A stretch of DNA of 64,000 bases from Folioceros fuciformis (Eukaryota), in assembly GCA_049999805.1 (NCBI GenBank), contig JBNGIO010006231.1:198451-262450 (forward strand). Direction: 5' to 3'. A program made the position numbers and the translations under genes. Shown here one piece after another: positions 1 through 14,300 of this stretch (its first letter is position 1; each line of letters begins with the position of its first letter). A model generated the notes under the pieces. The model was not told where the DNA came from and made no database searches. It worked only from the letters and a program-made list of their open reading frames with translations.

Positions 1-600
1 ACCCTTCTTCTTTATCTCATAATGAGTCATTATTCGATAAAAAAATTAGCAATGAAATGATTTAATTAAGACCTTCTTTTCATCATACAAGCATATTTTC
101 CTTAATTAGTAGTACTTTAGAGTTGTTATTTTTAAAAAAATATAATATTTTTTCCTATATATATTCTTTAGCAAGTAATCCAAATTTCTTTTCAACGTTT
201 TCCAATGATGAAAAGAGCATCTTCCTTCCTTCTCAGCCTTTCAGCTTAGCCATACCCTCTCTTCATTAGACGCATTACACCTGACTATTATTTAAAAAGT
301 CACAAATTTCAAAACCTATTTACTTTTTTATTTCAATATAAATGCTTTTCAATCTTTCAATATACTATATAATATATACATACATTCCACATTACCCTAG
401 CACTAAATGCCCACAATTCTATCAAATTTTCATCGGGGTAATTTCACACATGGAACCTCAAGAGGCCCAACCTGCAATTCACTTCATTCCCCTCCACAAT
501 GATTGCTACCTCCTAGGCCCGAAGGCATACATTTTTCCAACACTTCTGAAATATAGTATATGCTCTGCACATTGCTGTCTCACACGGCTCGGTTCTTGAG
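1..600. other. AT-rich low-GC segment at the window start, possibly the edge of a decayed repeat
   Basis: Composition only; no recognisable ORF or terminal repeat. Confidence 0.45.
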
Positions 601-699
601 GGAGGACCTCCTCTTATGTGCAACTTAGATGCCGAAGATTACCATGCCGTCAGTTCGTACAATTACTCTACAGCTCCATGTACATACGGCAAGAGCAAC

Positions 700-3600
700 T
701 TAGAGACCACTCCTTTCGACGTTCTCCATTACCTCCTTTATCCGCTCTGAAGTGTACTCATCCAATGTGATAACATTGGGAGAATTCCGATCATAAAAGT
801 CATCTCTAGTACAACCCCTACGAGCTCGCAGAAGGGTCTCCGAGCCTGTTTCAACCCCCTTGCTCAACATGACTGTCTTGTGGGTGCCGGACAGCAGCTC
901 TTCATAATCTGTATCCCCCGATTCACCCACTAGCAGGATCATGTTGGCAACGTTAACCCCCCAGCGGACAAAGAAGTACCTGCATAGGCGTCGTTATATG
1001 AGCAGAATGAACCATAAATTCTCTGACGTTCACCAATCCTGAAAGGTTATATCACATGTTTGAATCATATTCATGCTTTTCTTTCTACCTCAAGGCTTGG
1101 GAGCGCGATGCCAGTAGAGGGAGCAGATGGAGCTTCGTAGCAGCCTGACAGTATACTACGTGACATCGCAGTCCACGTAACCGTAAATGCGTCCGTAGCT
1201 CACTAACAGCTGGTGCCTGGACAAAGCGAACTCGATGTGAGTGACTATTAGTGACAGTGGTGGCGGTCCACTCTGCACAAGCTAGGGTCCAAATCCAAAC
1301 AAAAAAAACCCTTGAATTCGAACAAGAAAAACGAAGTGCTGAAGTCAATGCTGCTTACAGTAGATTGATCGGCGACTTCATACGCTAAACAGTGTGCATT
1401 GCTGCGCTTATCATCTTCTTCTAGCGCTCGATTTCCCTCTCCCTTTCCAGATTCAGCCTCCTTGTCTACATCAAATTCCGCAATAAACCGGGCCATAGTC
1501 TTCTTTAAGCCCTCACCGCCCCACCTATATTCGATATGATGTACGTAATGAGGGTCAACTACAAATCTTGACCCAGATGAGGTTCGATCAGATGGGTAAT
1601 AAAGTTCACTGCCACTGCTAGATATAACAGCATCAAAGTCGCTTGCTGCCAAGCCTGCCTTGTCCACAAATTCCTCAACTTCTGAGATGGTTAGCGAGGT
1701 CGACAAGACCACCCCAGCATTTCGACTGCCTGATTTGAAATCCTTAAGCACTCCTCGCACAATGTCTAAGAACCCAGGAGTGAGCTCGCCAGAGGCAGAG
1801 TAGGCGTCAATCGCAACAATGATGAGACGTTTCCTTGATCGAAGAAGTGGGCCTCGATGCCCCACTCCATCCTTACGACCAGTGGCGTTGCCACCATTCG
1901 TGTTGCCATCCATGCCTTCGTTCGTGTGTCCAGTCATGTGTCCATCGACGTGGTCATCAGAACCAGCCTCATTCCCCTCCTTCATGGGCTCAAGCTTTCC
2001 CTGAGAACGTCTACCAGCCGTCTTCCCTTCACTGCAACTTATCACAACCTCAGCACATTCTTTGTTGAACGACCCAATTAACCTTTCCCCATCAATAGAG
2101 AGCCGGAGATCACGAATATCCCCAACAGAGTCTCCTTGGGATTCTGTCTCTGCATCGCCATCTGGTGATGGCTCACTTTGCCACTGGGGATGGCGCATTC
2201 GGCATAGAGCAATCCGGTCCAAATATTTACGGCAGTGCTCCGGCCAAGAGTAGAGATGAATGTTTTTCAGCCCTTTGCGACGACACTCATTCCAAAGTGA
2301 TCGGTCTGACAGCAACTTCAGCAGTGCTTCAGATATAGATTTATGATCATGAGGATCCACCAAGATACCATTGCTGAGAGCCTGCACAAAGTTGAGCGTC
2401 AGACCAAACGCCCTCATTCTAAAAAATCAGAAATCGGGTATGGGTCCGTCAAGGGGTGCTTACTTGTAGAATATCATTGGGTCCACCATTTTTTGTGGCC
2501 ACCACCGGCAGCCCATGAGCCGCTGCCTGTGCAAACAAATAATTGGGATGATCGATAGCCCCAATATTCGCAATGAAGACAGCAAAAAAGCGTGGCAAAT
2601 GTGGCAAGGCAAAATGAACAGATTGGCATGAACCTCAATTAGTGTAAGCCCAAAGGGTTCAACCAGTGCTGGATTTACGAACACACCCTGTCAGAGCAGT
2701 GTTGCAGTCTTGAGTCAGTTGACCACGAAAAGTTACCACTGCAGAATGACAAGCAAATGCTGAACTAACCGCCGGCCTTCAGAGAGGCCTAACCTTTGTC
2801 TTGGCTGCTAGACGATATATATCAGGTACTTCACTCTGCCTGTGCTTCTTCGGATATGCAACTTGACCGTAAAGATCATACTTGTCGATCAACTGAAACG
2901 TTGTCTTGAGTACAGAAGCGTTGCCCGCAGACATGTCATCTAGCTCCTCTCTATTTCCCATGATCAAAGTCTGCAGGTCAAGAAATGCAATGAGAAGAAA
3001 AAACTGAGCAACTTATCATGCTCCAGGACAAATGCCCTTACCGCAAGAACTAATACTGAAATACACACCAAACCACCTGGAATTCCGCAGACATAGGAAT
3101 TGTCAATCCCAAGTCTTCAACTGCTAGAGACCCAGACACACTTACCAGGTTTGCAAGCTCCCGGAGCTGCTTGCAATTTCCAAACGCATTTATCAATGTT
3201 GGTATGTTCTTCTTGGGATCAGGGCGAGCTAGTGCCAAAATCATGGGCTTATGTGGATTCGATAAGAACTTCATGATCTGCCAATTACGAAAAAGACTTT
3301 GCAGTCAAAAAAAAATAAAAAATCGAATGCAGCATGCAGGAGGATCCTTGACAGCCAGTGCACTGAAACTTGAACAAATTCCCGCACAACAATCTTCACT
3401 TACTTCACCCCAAATCGGAGGATCTGCTCGAGGCGACATTGGTGTCAGGACAGATGCATCAGAGCCAGTGAACGCCACCGTGTCCACATCAGCGTCGAGA
3501 ACATCGCCAGCATCTTGGACTACTACATGACTGAAGTCCATTCCAGGAGGAATGACCTGTGGTCACACGCAGGCCCACTTCACACATTTTTACGCTTCCA

Positions 3601-5425
3601 ACCACAAGGACACAAGGCTATCCCACTAACCAGTTCCAATCAAAGAGACAGGAGCTCTACAGCTACCGCCTGTGCATTCAGCTTACCGCCATTAGTGGCA
3701 TGTATCGCCCGTGACAGCTTAGCCCCTTCTTTGCTCGTGCCCGGAGTTTCTTCTCTAATTTGACATCATACCCGTCATAGATGCCCCACTGTTCGTTTAT
3801 CTCCTGACTTGTGCTTGTGATTACAAGCTCTGCTGCATCTAGGGACAGCTCCTCGGCTTCGATTCTCCTCATTATCTTGTACGTACTATTGATATCTTCC
3901 TCAGATTTTTTCCCCTGCTTGAGGAGCTGTTCGAGCTTGTTGCGTCCTAAAGAATGACCGGTTAACACCATAGGTACACTAAGAGCCCCAGACAACAAAG
4001 CAGCAATGTCACCGGCGTCTGCATAGTGACCATGAATAACATATGGCCACACGTGCCCCCCACGATCCATCTGCTCTCCAAGAACTTTGGACATCTGCAT
4101 AATGTGAGTCAGAGCCCCATCCACAAACTCCTGGATGTAAGGCCATAGAGACTCTTTGGGTAGATACTTATCCCTTGGTCCGCATGGAATACGAACAATG
4201 TAAGCACCACTGCTCTCTCCAGCTTCTGAATGAGCATCCATGCCAGTCAACATTTCTGCTGGTTCCCCATAACTCCAGTCCACATTAGGCCCACATATCT
4301 GACGAGTCAACAAGTCAACCCTGTACACCTCAGGCATCTGCGCCAGAGCCCTTGCAAGCTCAACGACGTATTTCACCTGTTCAATTCCAGGCAACCCAAA
4401 CTCATGTACCGTCCAATCCAGTATAGGTGATTCATAGACAGAAAGAAAAAAACTAGGTACCAAAGCCCATACCTGGCCTCCAGTGTCAGAGTCTCGCCCA
4501 AGCTCCATGTTGTCTCCTCGCACCAGGCCATGCAAACTATTGTCCCAACACCGAACTCATTAGCAGCTACGCAAACGTTGCAACATCCCAAAGGCAGCAA
4601 CTCGTCATGCAGAATCGTTAGGGCACGAGACGTGAAATCGACATGTGCAAGCTACATTGAACGTCATACATTGAGCTACTTAGAATAGATCATCTTCTAA
4701 CTCACCTGATGAGAACCACGTACAAATGCCTATCCGGGGTGGGGAGAGGATCTGCATCAGTTCCAGAATCCGAGCTCGTCCTTGCCAACTTTATCTCGTT
4801 TTCAGGGGATGGATCAGGTTTTTCCGCCTCGGACAAATCTTCGGACATGTCCTCTATAGCCTCGCTAAGACTCTTATCCTCCTCAGTTTGTCGCGTTGCA
4901 GCCCGTTTGGCTTCCTCCACGCCAAGCTGACAAAACCGAGCCGAATCACTATCAGCTGGCTCCTAGACTAGAATAGCTCGAGTCCTCCAAACCAACAACG
5001 GACATGCAGGAGCAGGCAGAGGATGAAAGCCTCTCGAGTTTGATCTAATTGCTTTGACAAGTCAATCGGAGTACACACCAGTCTCTTCCTGCGAGCCAAG
5101 TGCCAGATCCTCCAGCACATGTTCTCGAGTCGGCCAGCCCTCGAAAGTCCATTTCTGGCGACCGCAGCCTGCCGTCACCAGGATCCTCATGAGCCACCGA
5201 TGCAACACAACAAGACTTCCGCAGCTGATCAAAATTCACACCACGCCTCACCTGACTCCAGGAGTGGAAGAGCGACTTCTCGTCGTATCCCGTAACCGTA
5301 GCCACGAAATACTTAGCAGCGGGACTGTCATTCTGCAAGACGTCGCAGGAGCGGAGATCTTCCTCTCCTGTATCCAAAATCGCCTCCAGGTAGCCATTCA
5401 ACCACTCGTTCTGCATTGCGCCCAT
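700..5425 (-). CDS. SPS: Sucrose-phosphate synthase (GT4 plus SPP-like C-terminal domain), multi-exon
   Basis: Exons encode [83 protein letters not shown] and SRSQALRY. ATG at 5425 or 5416; TAA at 700-702; intron 1 is 5251-5169 (GT-AG). Confidence 0.97.
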
Positions 5426-5902
5426 TCCGCTCGTACGGTATCCGCAGGAGTCGTGCACCGCTGTCCTGGGGAGCAGAAGGCCGGGAGGGCAAGCGAATTC
5501 ACGGTTTCAAGAAGCAAACAATCACAAGAACCCGGGCAGGCAAGCAGTACTTCTAAACCCCTTCCCCGCAATCAGATCACAGGAAGGCCGCAGCCATGCT
5601 CAGGGAGGAGGATGGCCACAGGACCGAGTCTTGTAGCTAGCTTGGCTGGACGAATGTGGAAACGGCAGACAACGGTGGCACCTTGTCTGGAAGATCAAAC
5701 TCAACTGAAATGCTTGTTGCTATTTCACAGCTCTTGGAAGCTCAAGTAGGCAATAGCAGCCGAAATGGGAAGAAGAAAAACCATGAGATTGCGGGAGCCT
5801 GCCATTGGAGGTGGCGGGAGCGACAATGAAAGCGGCAGCTGGAGGGACTTGAATCGTGCCTTCTTTCATTTCTGAACATACCAAGTGTCGCACTGGGCAC
5901 CT

Positions 5903-5912
5903 GGCACGTGGC
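5903..5912. promoter_or_regulatory. G-box/ABRE-like element (GGCACGTGGC) in the divergent SPS/UBA1 intergenic region
   Basis: Motif seen directly; function is not demonstrated. Confidence 0.3.
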
Positions 5913-6369
5913 GGCATTGTATGCTCGAATGGTCACAAATCCGCAATGCTCTGTTGAAATTAAAAAAAAACACACACATAAGGAATAATTTCTCAGCATC
6001 CGCAGTACCACCGCGAACATGCCCCCCCTTTCTCGCACGTCGCAAACCCTACACATATTTAACGTGGTTTTCCAGTCCCGAACGGTCCTTCTGTCTCCTT
6101 GGGACGGCTTTTACGATTCACTTGAGCGAATCGGAAAACCGGATCGTGAATCTTACAGCACTGTGGAGTAGTTAACAAGAATGAGGAATTAGTAGCCAGA
6201 AAGTAAGGATCAGGGAGGATGATGAGGAATGATCCGGGAGGTAATTTCTGAAATATTTACTGGAAGCCGTGGTACTTTGTTCGGATACGAACAGGGCCTT
6301 ATAACCCCCACATCGGTATTGGGCATATGTTCACGACGCAGCTTTCTCCCTCCTTGGCCAGAAGTGACT

Positions 6370-9300
6370 ATGCCTGAGGTGGCCGGCGGAAAAAGGATTG
6401 CACGCAACGGTGGTGGGGAAGACGAGGAGGGTGCTGCGCGCTACGAGAATCACGTGAAGCGGCCGCGGAGTGAAGGCGCGGGCGCTAGCCGAGATTTGTT
6501 CGTAGGGCGACTCGTCAGCCTGCGCTCCATGGCTGCCGACATCTCGCCTTCTCCAGCCGAGGATGTGGAAATCGACGAGGACCTGCACAGTCGGCAGCTG
6601 GCCGTCTACGGCCGCGAGACAATGCGCCGCCTCTTCGGTGCCAACGTGCTGGTTTCGGGTTTACGCGGCTTGGGGGTCGAAATCGGTCAGCTTCCTGCCT
6701 TCGATCACGTCCTTCTCGAATGTGCGATCTCTTCTTGCATAGTATCTGCAGCAGATGTGAATTGCGCCTCTGCGGCGATTCCGCTTTCGAAGATGATGGA
6801 ATCGGTGTCAAAGTGCGCCGTCTAGCATGCCTGGTACCCCCATGCGCATCTCGCTTGGGAATGGAATATTAGGTTAGTGCCAGGTCTCGTGTGGTTTAGG
6901 GTTCCGGGGGGGTGTGTTTGATGTGTTTGCGGGGATGTGGGATGCATCGTCCGTAGAGCCATCGGGTCTTTGCTTTTTGCAATTTCATGCCAAGTGCCAT
7001 CTGGGGCAACTCCAGCGAGTTTTCATGCTATGGTGTGTGCGGTGTGCTGACTTCTTCCTCTTCGTTGAGTGCTCGTGTTGGACATTTTCTGACCGCTGAC
7101 GTGGTATAATGTTTGTCGGGTTAGTGATTGCAACGTTTCAGCTGATTTAGTTGCAAGTTTCTGTGTCGTTGAATAGGTGTTTAGTCTGGGAAGGGCACGT
7201 CTTGGATAAGATTTCTTCATTCAAATGAAATATCACCTGCCAAAAAATTGATTCAAGTCCCTTTACTCTGGTTCTTGGGTGTGCTTACTGAGTGCAGCGA
7301 AGAACATTATTTTGGCTGGAGTCAAATCCGTAACCCTGCATGATACCGGATCAGTCGAACTATGGGATTTATCATCGCAGTTCTACTTCTTAGAGTCGGA
7401 CGTGGGGAAGAACAGGGCTGTAGCTTGTGCCGACAAGCTGAAGGAGCTTAATGTAGCTGTTGGTGTCTCAACGTACACAAGCGAGCTTTCAGAGGAGATC
7501 CTCTCTAATTTCCAGGTGTGCACTGGCTCAGTGTTTGGAGTGCCAATCCTTGCAGTGCCTACCAGATAGCATTGCTGCTTTTTGGTGTTGAAAGGATGAA
7601 ATTTGTCACTGATTTGTACTCTGCCGCCAACGCTGCAGGTGGTTGTCTTCACTGATGTTACAATTGAAAAGGCTATTGAGTATAATGCTTTTTGTCATGC
7701 CCATCACATCCCTTTCATTAAGGCAGAAATTCGTGGAGTATTTGGGTCTGTTTTCTGCGACTTTGGTCCATCCTTCACTGTGGTTGATACTGATGGCGAG
7801 GAGCCACATTCAGGCATTATTGCTTCCATAAGCAATGATAACCCTGCACTTGTATCTTGTGTGGATGATGAGAGGCTGGAGTTTGAAGATGGAGATTTGG
7901 TCGTGTTTTCTGAGGTGCATGGAATGGTAGAGTTGAATGATGGAGTACCAAGGAGAATCAGGAGTGCAAGGCTAAACTCGTTTCAGCTAGAGGAGGACGC
8001 CACACATTACGGGCAGTATGAGAAGGGTGGCATTGTGGTGCAAGTGAAGCAGCCCAAGGTTCTAACTTTCAAGCCCTTCAAGCAAGCGCTCAGCAGCCCT
8101 GGTGAATTCCTTTTGAGTGACTATGCGAAGTTCAACGGGCCACCTTTGCTCCATGTAGCGTTCCAGGCACTTGATGCTTTCCAGAGCAAGACAGGAAGGT
8201 TGCCACTCCCTGCATCTGAGGAGGATGCCTTGAGGTTCATAGAGATCGCCAAAAGTGTCAATGATGCGTCTGGTGAGCAAAAACTGGAGTCTCTGGACGA
8301 AACCGTGTTGAAGCATTTTGCCAGTGGGTCAAGGGCAGTGCTCAATCCCATGGCAGCCATGTTCGGGGGAATTGTTGGTCAAGAGGTCGTAAAGGCTGCC
8401 TCCGGAAAATTCCACCCCATTCATCAGGTACAGTTTCATATTGGTCTGGAAAAGGCATCTGAGTTGTTTTTCGAAGTAATGACATGCATGTCTGTCTTTC
8501 GTTGTGTCCTCGTAGAACTGCTTCAATGTTCCAGGTTCCTGCCTTACGATAGCAGTCGTGTGATTGCAGTTTTTCTACTTCGATTCTGTGGAATCTCTTC
8601 CTCTGAATCCCCTTTCTCCTGAAGATGTGAAGCCTATAGGGTCACGATATGATGCCCAAATTGCTGTTTTTGGGAAGGATCTGCAACAGAAGCTTGAGAA
8701 TGCAAAAGTCTTCGTTGTTGGTGCAGGAGCTCTTGGGTGCGAATTTTTAAAAAATCTTGCACTCATGGGTGTCTNNNNNNNNNNNNNNNNNNNNNNNNNN
8801 NNNNNNNNNNNNNNNNNNNNNNNNNNNNNNNNNNNNNNNNNNNNNNNNNNNNNNNNNNNNNNNNNNNNNNNNNNCTCATGGGTGTCTCGTGCGGAAAAGG
8901 GAAGTTGACAGTGACGGATGATGATGTTATAGAAAAGAGCAATTTGAGCAGGCAATTTTTGTTCCGGGATTGGAACATAGGGCAGGCAAAGTCCACGGTT
9001 GCCGCCACTGCCGCAGTGGCCATCAATCCCGCCCTGAGAATCGAAGCTTTGCAGAACAGAGTCAGTTCTGAAACGGAGAATGTTTTTGATGATGCATTTT
9101 GGGAAAGTCTCGATGTGGTTGTCAATGCCCTGGACAATGTAAATGCTAGGTTATACGTGGACTCCAGGTGTGTGTATTTTCAGAAGCCTTTATTGGAATC
9201 TGGTACTCTTGGAACCAAGTGCAACACGCAGATGGTGATTCCAAATGCAACAGAGAATTACGGCGCATCTAGAGATCCTCCAGAAAAGCAAGCCCCCATG

Positions 9301-10792
9301 TGCACTCTTCACTCCTTCCCACACAACATTGACCATTGTCTTACATGGGCAAGGTCGGAGTTTGAAGGTTTACTCGAGAAGACACCGACTGAGGCAAATG
9401 CCTACTTATCTGCTCCGGGCGAGTACGTGAAGGCTATGAGGACTGCTGGTGATGCCCAAGCACGAGAACTGATGGAACAAGTTGTTGCAGCACTGGTGAC
9501 AGAGAGGAGTACCACGTTTGACGATTGTTTGTATTGGGCCAGAGCAAGGTTCGAACTTTTATCATCTGCAATTGCCCCCCACATTCTTCCTTTGTGGGTC
9601 TTGTTTTGGGTGATCTCTCACTCTGTTAGATGCCGGTGATGCAAGTTTCTCACCTAGTTTCAACTGCAGGTTTGAGGATTACTTTTCAAATCGAGTGAAG
9701 CAGTTAACCTACACATTCCCTGAGGATGCTACCACCAGCACGGGGGCATTGTTTTGGTCCGCCCCGAAACGTTTCCCCCGAGCTTTGGAGTTCACTTCAA
9801 ATGACGTGGCATATCTCTCGTTTGTGGCCGCTGCCTCGATTCTGCGAGCCGAGGTGTATGGTGTCCCTGTACCTGACTGGGCTCATTCGCCGGCCCGATT
9901 AGCCGAGGTTGCAGACTCTATCAAGTTACCTCCGTTTTCACCAAAAGCAGGTGTGAAGATTGAGACAGATGAGAAGGCTACTACAATGAATGTGAATACC
10001 GTAGATGATGAAGCAGTCATTGAGCAGTTAATCAAGACCCTTGAAGCGGGAGCCGAGAGGCTGCCACCTGGGTTTCGCCTGAACCCTATTCAGTTTGAGA
10101 AGGTAGTGCTACAACCTTTTGTTTAGATCCGTGTTCTTTCCATTGCTGTGTGCCTTTGGGTTTGTTCAGCGTTGACACTTTCTTTGGGACCGCTGCAGGA
10201 TAACGATGCAAATTTCCATATGGACCTCATTGCTGGTCTGGCAAACATGCGGGCCAGGAACTATAGCATAACTGAGGTGGATAAGCTGAAAGCAAAGTTC
10301 ATAGCAGGTCGTATCATTCCTGCCATTGCTACCACAACTGCCATGGCAACGGGTCTGGTCTGCCTAGAGCTGTACAAGGTTCTTCTGGGTCACAAAGTGG
10401 ACAAGTATCGTAACACTTTTGCAAATCTGGCTTTACCACTCTTCTCCATGGCTGAGCCTGTGGAACCGAAGACCTTTAAGCATCAGGATCTGACGTGGTC
10501 GATATGGGACCGATGGGTTATCACTGGGGATTTGTCGTTGAAGCAGTTGCTGAGCTGGTTTAACGACAGAGGGTTGTCTGCCTACAGCATCTCATGTGGA
10601 CAGAGCCTGCTGTACAGCAGTTTGTTTCCCAGTCACAGAGACAGAATGGATAAGAAGGTGGCGGACTTGGCGAGGGATGTAGCGAAGCTTGAGATTGCTC
10701 CAAGCAGGCGCCATTTTGATGTCGTAGTTGCCTGCGAGGACGAGGAGGGAAATGATTTGGATGTGCCACTGGTTTCCATTTGTTTCCGTTGA
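6370..10792 (+). CDS. UBA1: Ubiquitin-activating enzyme E1, multi-exon
   Basis: Motifs [39 protein letters not shown], catalytic [23 protein letters not shown] and a C-terminal UFD. Intron 1 is about 610 nt. An N gap lies inside one exon. Confidence 0.97.
8775..8874. other. Assembly gap (100 N), probably of no real length
   Basis: CTCATGGGTGTCT occurs on both sides of the gap. Merging the two copies restores [19 protein letters not shown]. Confidence 0.9.
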
Positions 10793-11311
10793 TCGGACCA
10801 GCGGCACACGGTCGATCATGATTGCGGTGGTGACAATTATTTGTAGATTTAGTGCATTCGCGAGTTGAACTGGTCTCACGTAGGAAGCGAGAACAAACTC
10901 AACCCTCGCCGGCAGACCGAGTGCAGACTCGAATAATGTGTCGGGGCGAAGGCCTTGCCGTCATTGAAACCGCTTTTTGTTGCCATGTAAGTTTGGAAAC
11001 CCTGCGGACTTCGTAGGTGTATATCGACACCCACGTAGTAAAGTAAAGCCCAGGGTTTGTAAGCGAGCACCTAGTAGTATAACTGAAGTTTTGTGTAACA
11101 ACCCAAACGAATCTCGAAAACTTCCTTACCGGAACGTTTGTATTTCGCAAAAGTTCGAATTTCAGTACCTCCTTGCCTACCTACCCATCGTGCATTGTCA
11201 TTTCAAGGTGGTCCAAACTGTGTTCCGATCGCTCCGACGCTGTTGATGTAGCTTGTGCAAGCCAGGGAAGCTCGAAGCTTGAGAAAGGGACGCGGAGGCG
11301 AGCTGGTGGCA

Positions 11312-14300
11312 ATGGACTCAGTTTTTATGAGCAGTAACAGGTGTCTGTTTCCTTCATCCGAGAAGCACCTTGGAAGAATTGGTGTACTTCCAGGTGAAAC
11401 AGGGGTCGGCTCATGGCTCCACGGACGAAAAGGTCGTAGGAATCGGTTTCCCCGGGTGGTTGTCAGCAGGAAAGGTCAGAAAGTGGGCGATCTGTTAAAA
11501 GACGGTGGGACAAGACAGCGCGCCAGGAAGCAGGAGCTGCGGCGGCAAGCTCTTGCCTCGTACCGTGCCAGATTCTTCAAAGCTCTGCAAGATGAGTTGG
11601 TGGGAACTCTTAGGGGAGGGGTGTATTTTGTACGCTGCCGCAGATCCTTGACCGCCTTTGAGAATTGATTGTGTCATAGTGCTTTTTCAGTCTGAAGAAA
11701 TGCTAGCTGTGAAGGAGCGGTTGCAGACTTGGTCCAAGCAACGGCTGCAGGACGAGGGCTTGGCACTTTTCGATTTGTCAGTGTCCTCGGACGGAAATTT
11801 GTATCGGTGAGTAAAATTGTTCTCTCTGCCGTGTCGGATGCTTTTGCCAAAGATGTGTGGTCTGATGGAGCACACCTGTGTGGCGCTCTTGTTCTGAGTG
11901 GCAATTGGGATGACTTTTGATAGAGGTGCTGAGCGGGCGAAGGATGTCTTGATGTAGGGATAAGTGCTTAGCCAGCTATCCCTGGTGTTCTTCAGTGTCT
12001 GAAGCTTCCTGCCATGTATAGTGCGTTCATGGTCTTACAGGGAGCGTGTCCTGCGATTTTTCTCAACACGTGGCGATGGCGTCTTGTGCCCACATCATCA
12101 ATTCTCACAAGTGAGTGTGTCAACCGTGTTGTGAATCCACTTGCTTGCATGGTAGTCAAGGAAGAGCAGAATTCAAAGCTTGTGGCTTCATGTCTTCATC
12201 TTCCAGGGTGATGTGGTCGCAATTAGTCAGTATTCTCCGGTTGAAGAGGATGTGATAGAGGGAGTGGTTATGGAAAGGGCACGAAGGTAAGCATCTACCT
12301 GCAAGACAAGCTTTGGTCAAAGTGACTGGCCCGTTAATTGTGGAGCTCATTTCCCTCGTTTGCTTTTGCGTATTAAAGGTTGTCATTTACGACGCAGGTT
12401 TTTGCGAGTGACAGTCACTGTAGACCAAGCCAAGTTGCTGAAAGCCCATCCTAGATGGCGTTTAGATCTCTCTGCCAACCGTGTGTCGTTTGAGAGATGC
12501 GTATCAGCTGTTGACTTAATTTCTTCACCTTCAATACGGCAGGTGTCCTTGGAATCTACCCGTGTGCAGATTCCAGAACCTTCACCTGGCATTACTGTAG
12601 GATTGACATCGGTAGACACTATCATACTTGGCGAGGGACTGCTGGCAATCCGGAATCTTATTTTAGGTCATGAGGGAAGCATGCTGAATATGGACCCCGA
12701 GACTGTAGGCCGAGCGGGTCAGGAGAATGGGCTTTACCAAGCTCAAAGAGATGCAGTAAGCTTGGAAGCCCTAGCTGCCGCTACCAGTCCTGCTACAACC
12801 ATAGGCGGCAAGAACCTTGGCAGTTTTAAATATTCTTTAAAGTCAACATTACACAGCATGCAGACAGACCTCAACGCCAGTCAAGAGGGGGCCTTGATTG
12901 CTGGGATGACCCAGAGGGTAACTCTTTGGCAAGGTCCACCAGGAACAGGCAAGACCAAGACACTCGTGCAATTTATCCGTGCATTTTGCCGGAGCGGTCA
13001 AGGGAAAGTATTGGCATGCGCGGACAGGTGCATTTCTGTGTTCCTTACCAGTTGGTCTGATTTCAGCCCTGGTTTTCGAGTCGTCCAGGTTATTCTGGAT
13101 AGAGATTTGAAGTCCTTTTTCTTTTTCTTTCCGGAATTCAGCAATGTTGCAGTGGACAATCTTTTGGAAGGACTTTTGCAGCAAGGGCTCAAAGTTGTTC
13201 GTGTTGGCCAACCTGTGAAGGTGCGAAACACTTTGATGTGATCTTGGAAGCTTGTTGAATTGACATATTACCAGAATTGAACTTTTTGATGCATGCCTGA
13301 AATTAGTAGGTGAAACAAGAGCTAAGAGAAGCAACCATCGATGCCCAGGTGGAGAGACATCCATTGATGGGAAGGGCTCGTGAGCTTAAACAGGTGGCCA
13401 TCCTACAGAGGCAGACGGCAAGGCAGATCAACAATGGCCACAAAAGAATGACCAGTGCCAAAGAGGCCACTTCAACTTGGGAAGCTGCTGCCGCTCTGGA
13501 AACCCAGGCCACGAGGGACATTCTTGATAGGTTTGTCCGAACCTATTGTCTTTCTCCAGAGTTGAACTGGTTGGGTGGAGAATTGGTGTGGAGTGTGTGA
13601 GGTCACTTGTTAGATTCTCTTCGCTGGTGCTGCCTGGTCATTGCTGTGCTGCTTATGTACAGGGCTGAAGTTGTTGTGTCGACCTGTGTGGGTGCTGGTG
13701 ATACGGTTTTGGATGGCCTGAAATTCCAGGTCTGCGTCATAGATGAGGCAACACAGGTATACCCAGTAGTGCAACTGTAAGAGCCGTCAGGGTTTCCCCT
13801 TGCCCATTGCAGTTCGCAGTTTGAGTGATATCCTACTTGTTCTGGTCCATCTTTCAGGCAACAGAGCCTGTTACCTTGATCCCCCTCTTGAAGAGTGGAT
13901 CAGACCGTGTTGTTCTAGTAGGAGATCCTGCTCAGCTTCCTCCTACTGTGGTGTCACAAGATGCTGTGGAGGTTGGTAGCTGCCCCTTCAAGGTGCCTGA
14001 CAGTTGCTGGGTATCACTTTGGGGCTGACGTTTCTGGTGAATCAGGCAGGATTGAGTATTAGCCTCTTCGAGCGTTTGCAATTATGTGGACTCAAACCAT
14101 CCCTGCTTAACACCCAGTACAGGTACCGCCCTTGTTTGAGATGAACACGTTGAGCAAAGAAGCGTGACAGTTCGTTCTGCAGGATCTATCCATTGATGTG
14201 AGGTAGCAAGCTAACAGCTGGGGGTTTGAACCAGAATGCATCCTGCAATAGCAAGACTTCCATCTGTAATGTTCTATGGTGGCCAGCTGCTGTCAAATCC

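Noticed and set aside
6686..7296. Unusually long UBA1 first intron as a possible snoRNA host
   Set aside because: No convincing C/D box pair with a terminal stem or H/ACA layout was seen, and long first introns are common.
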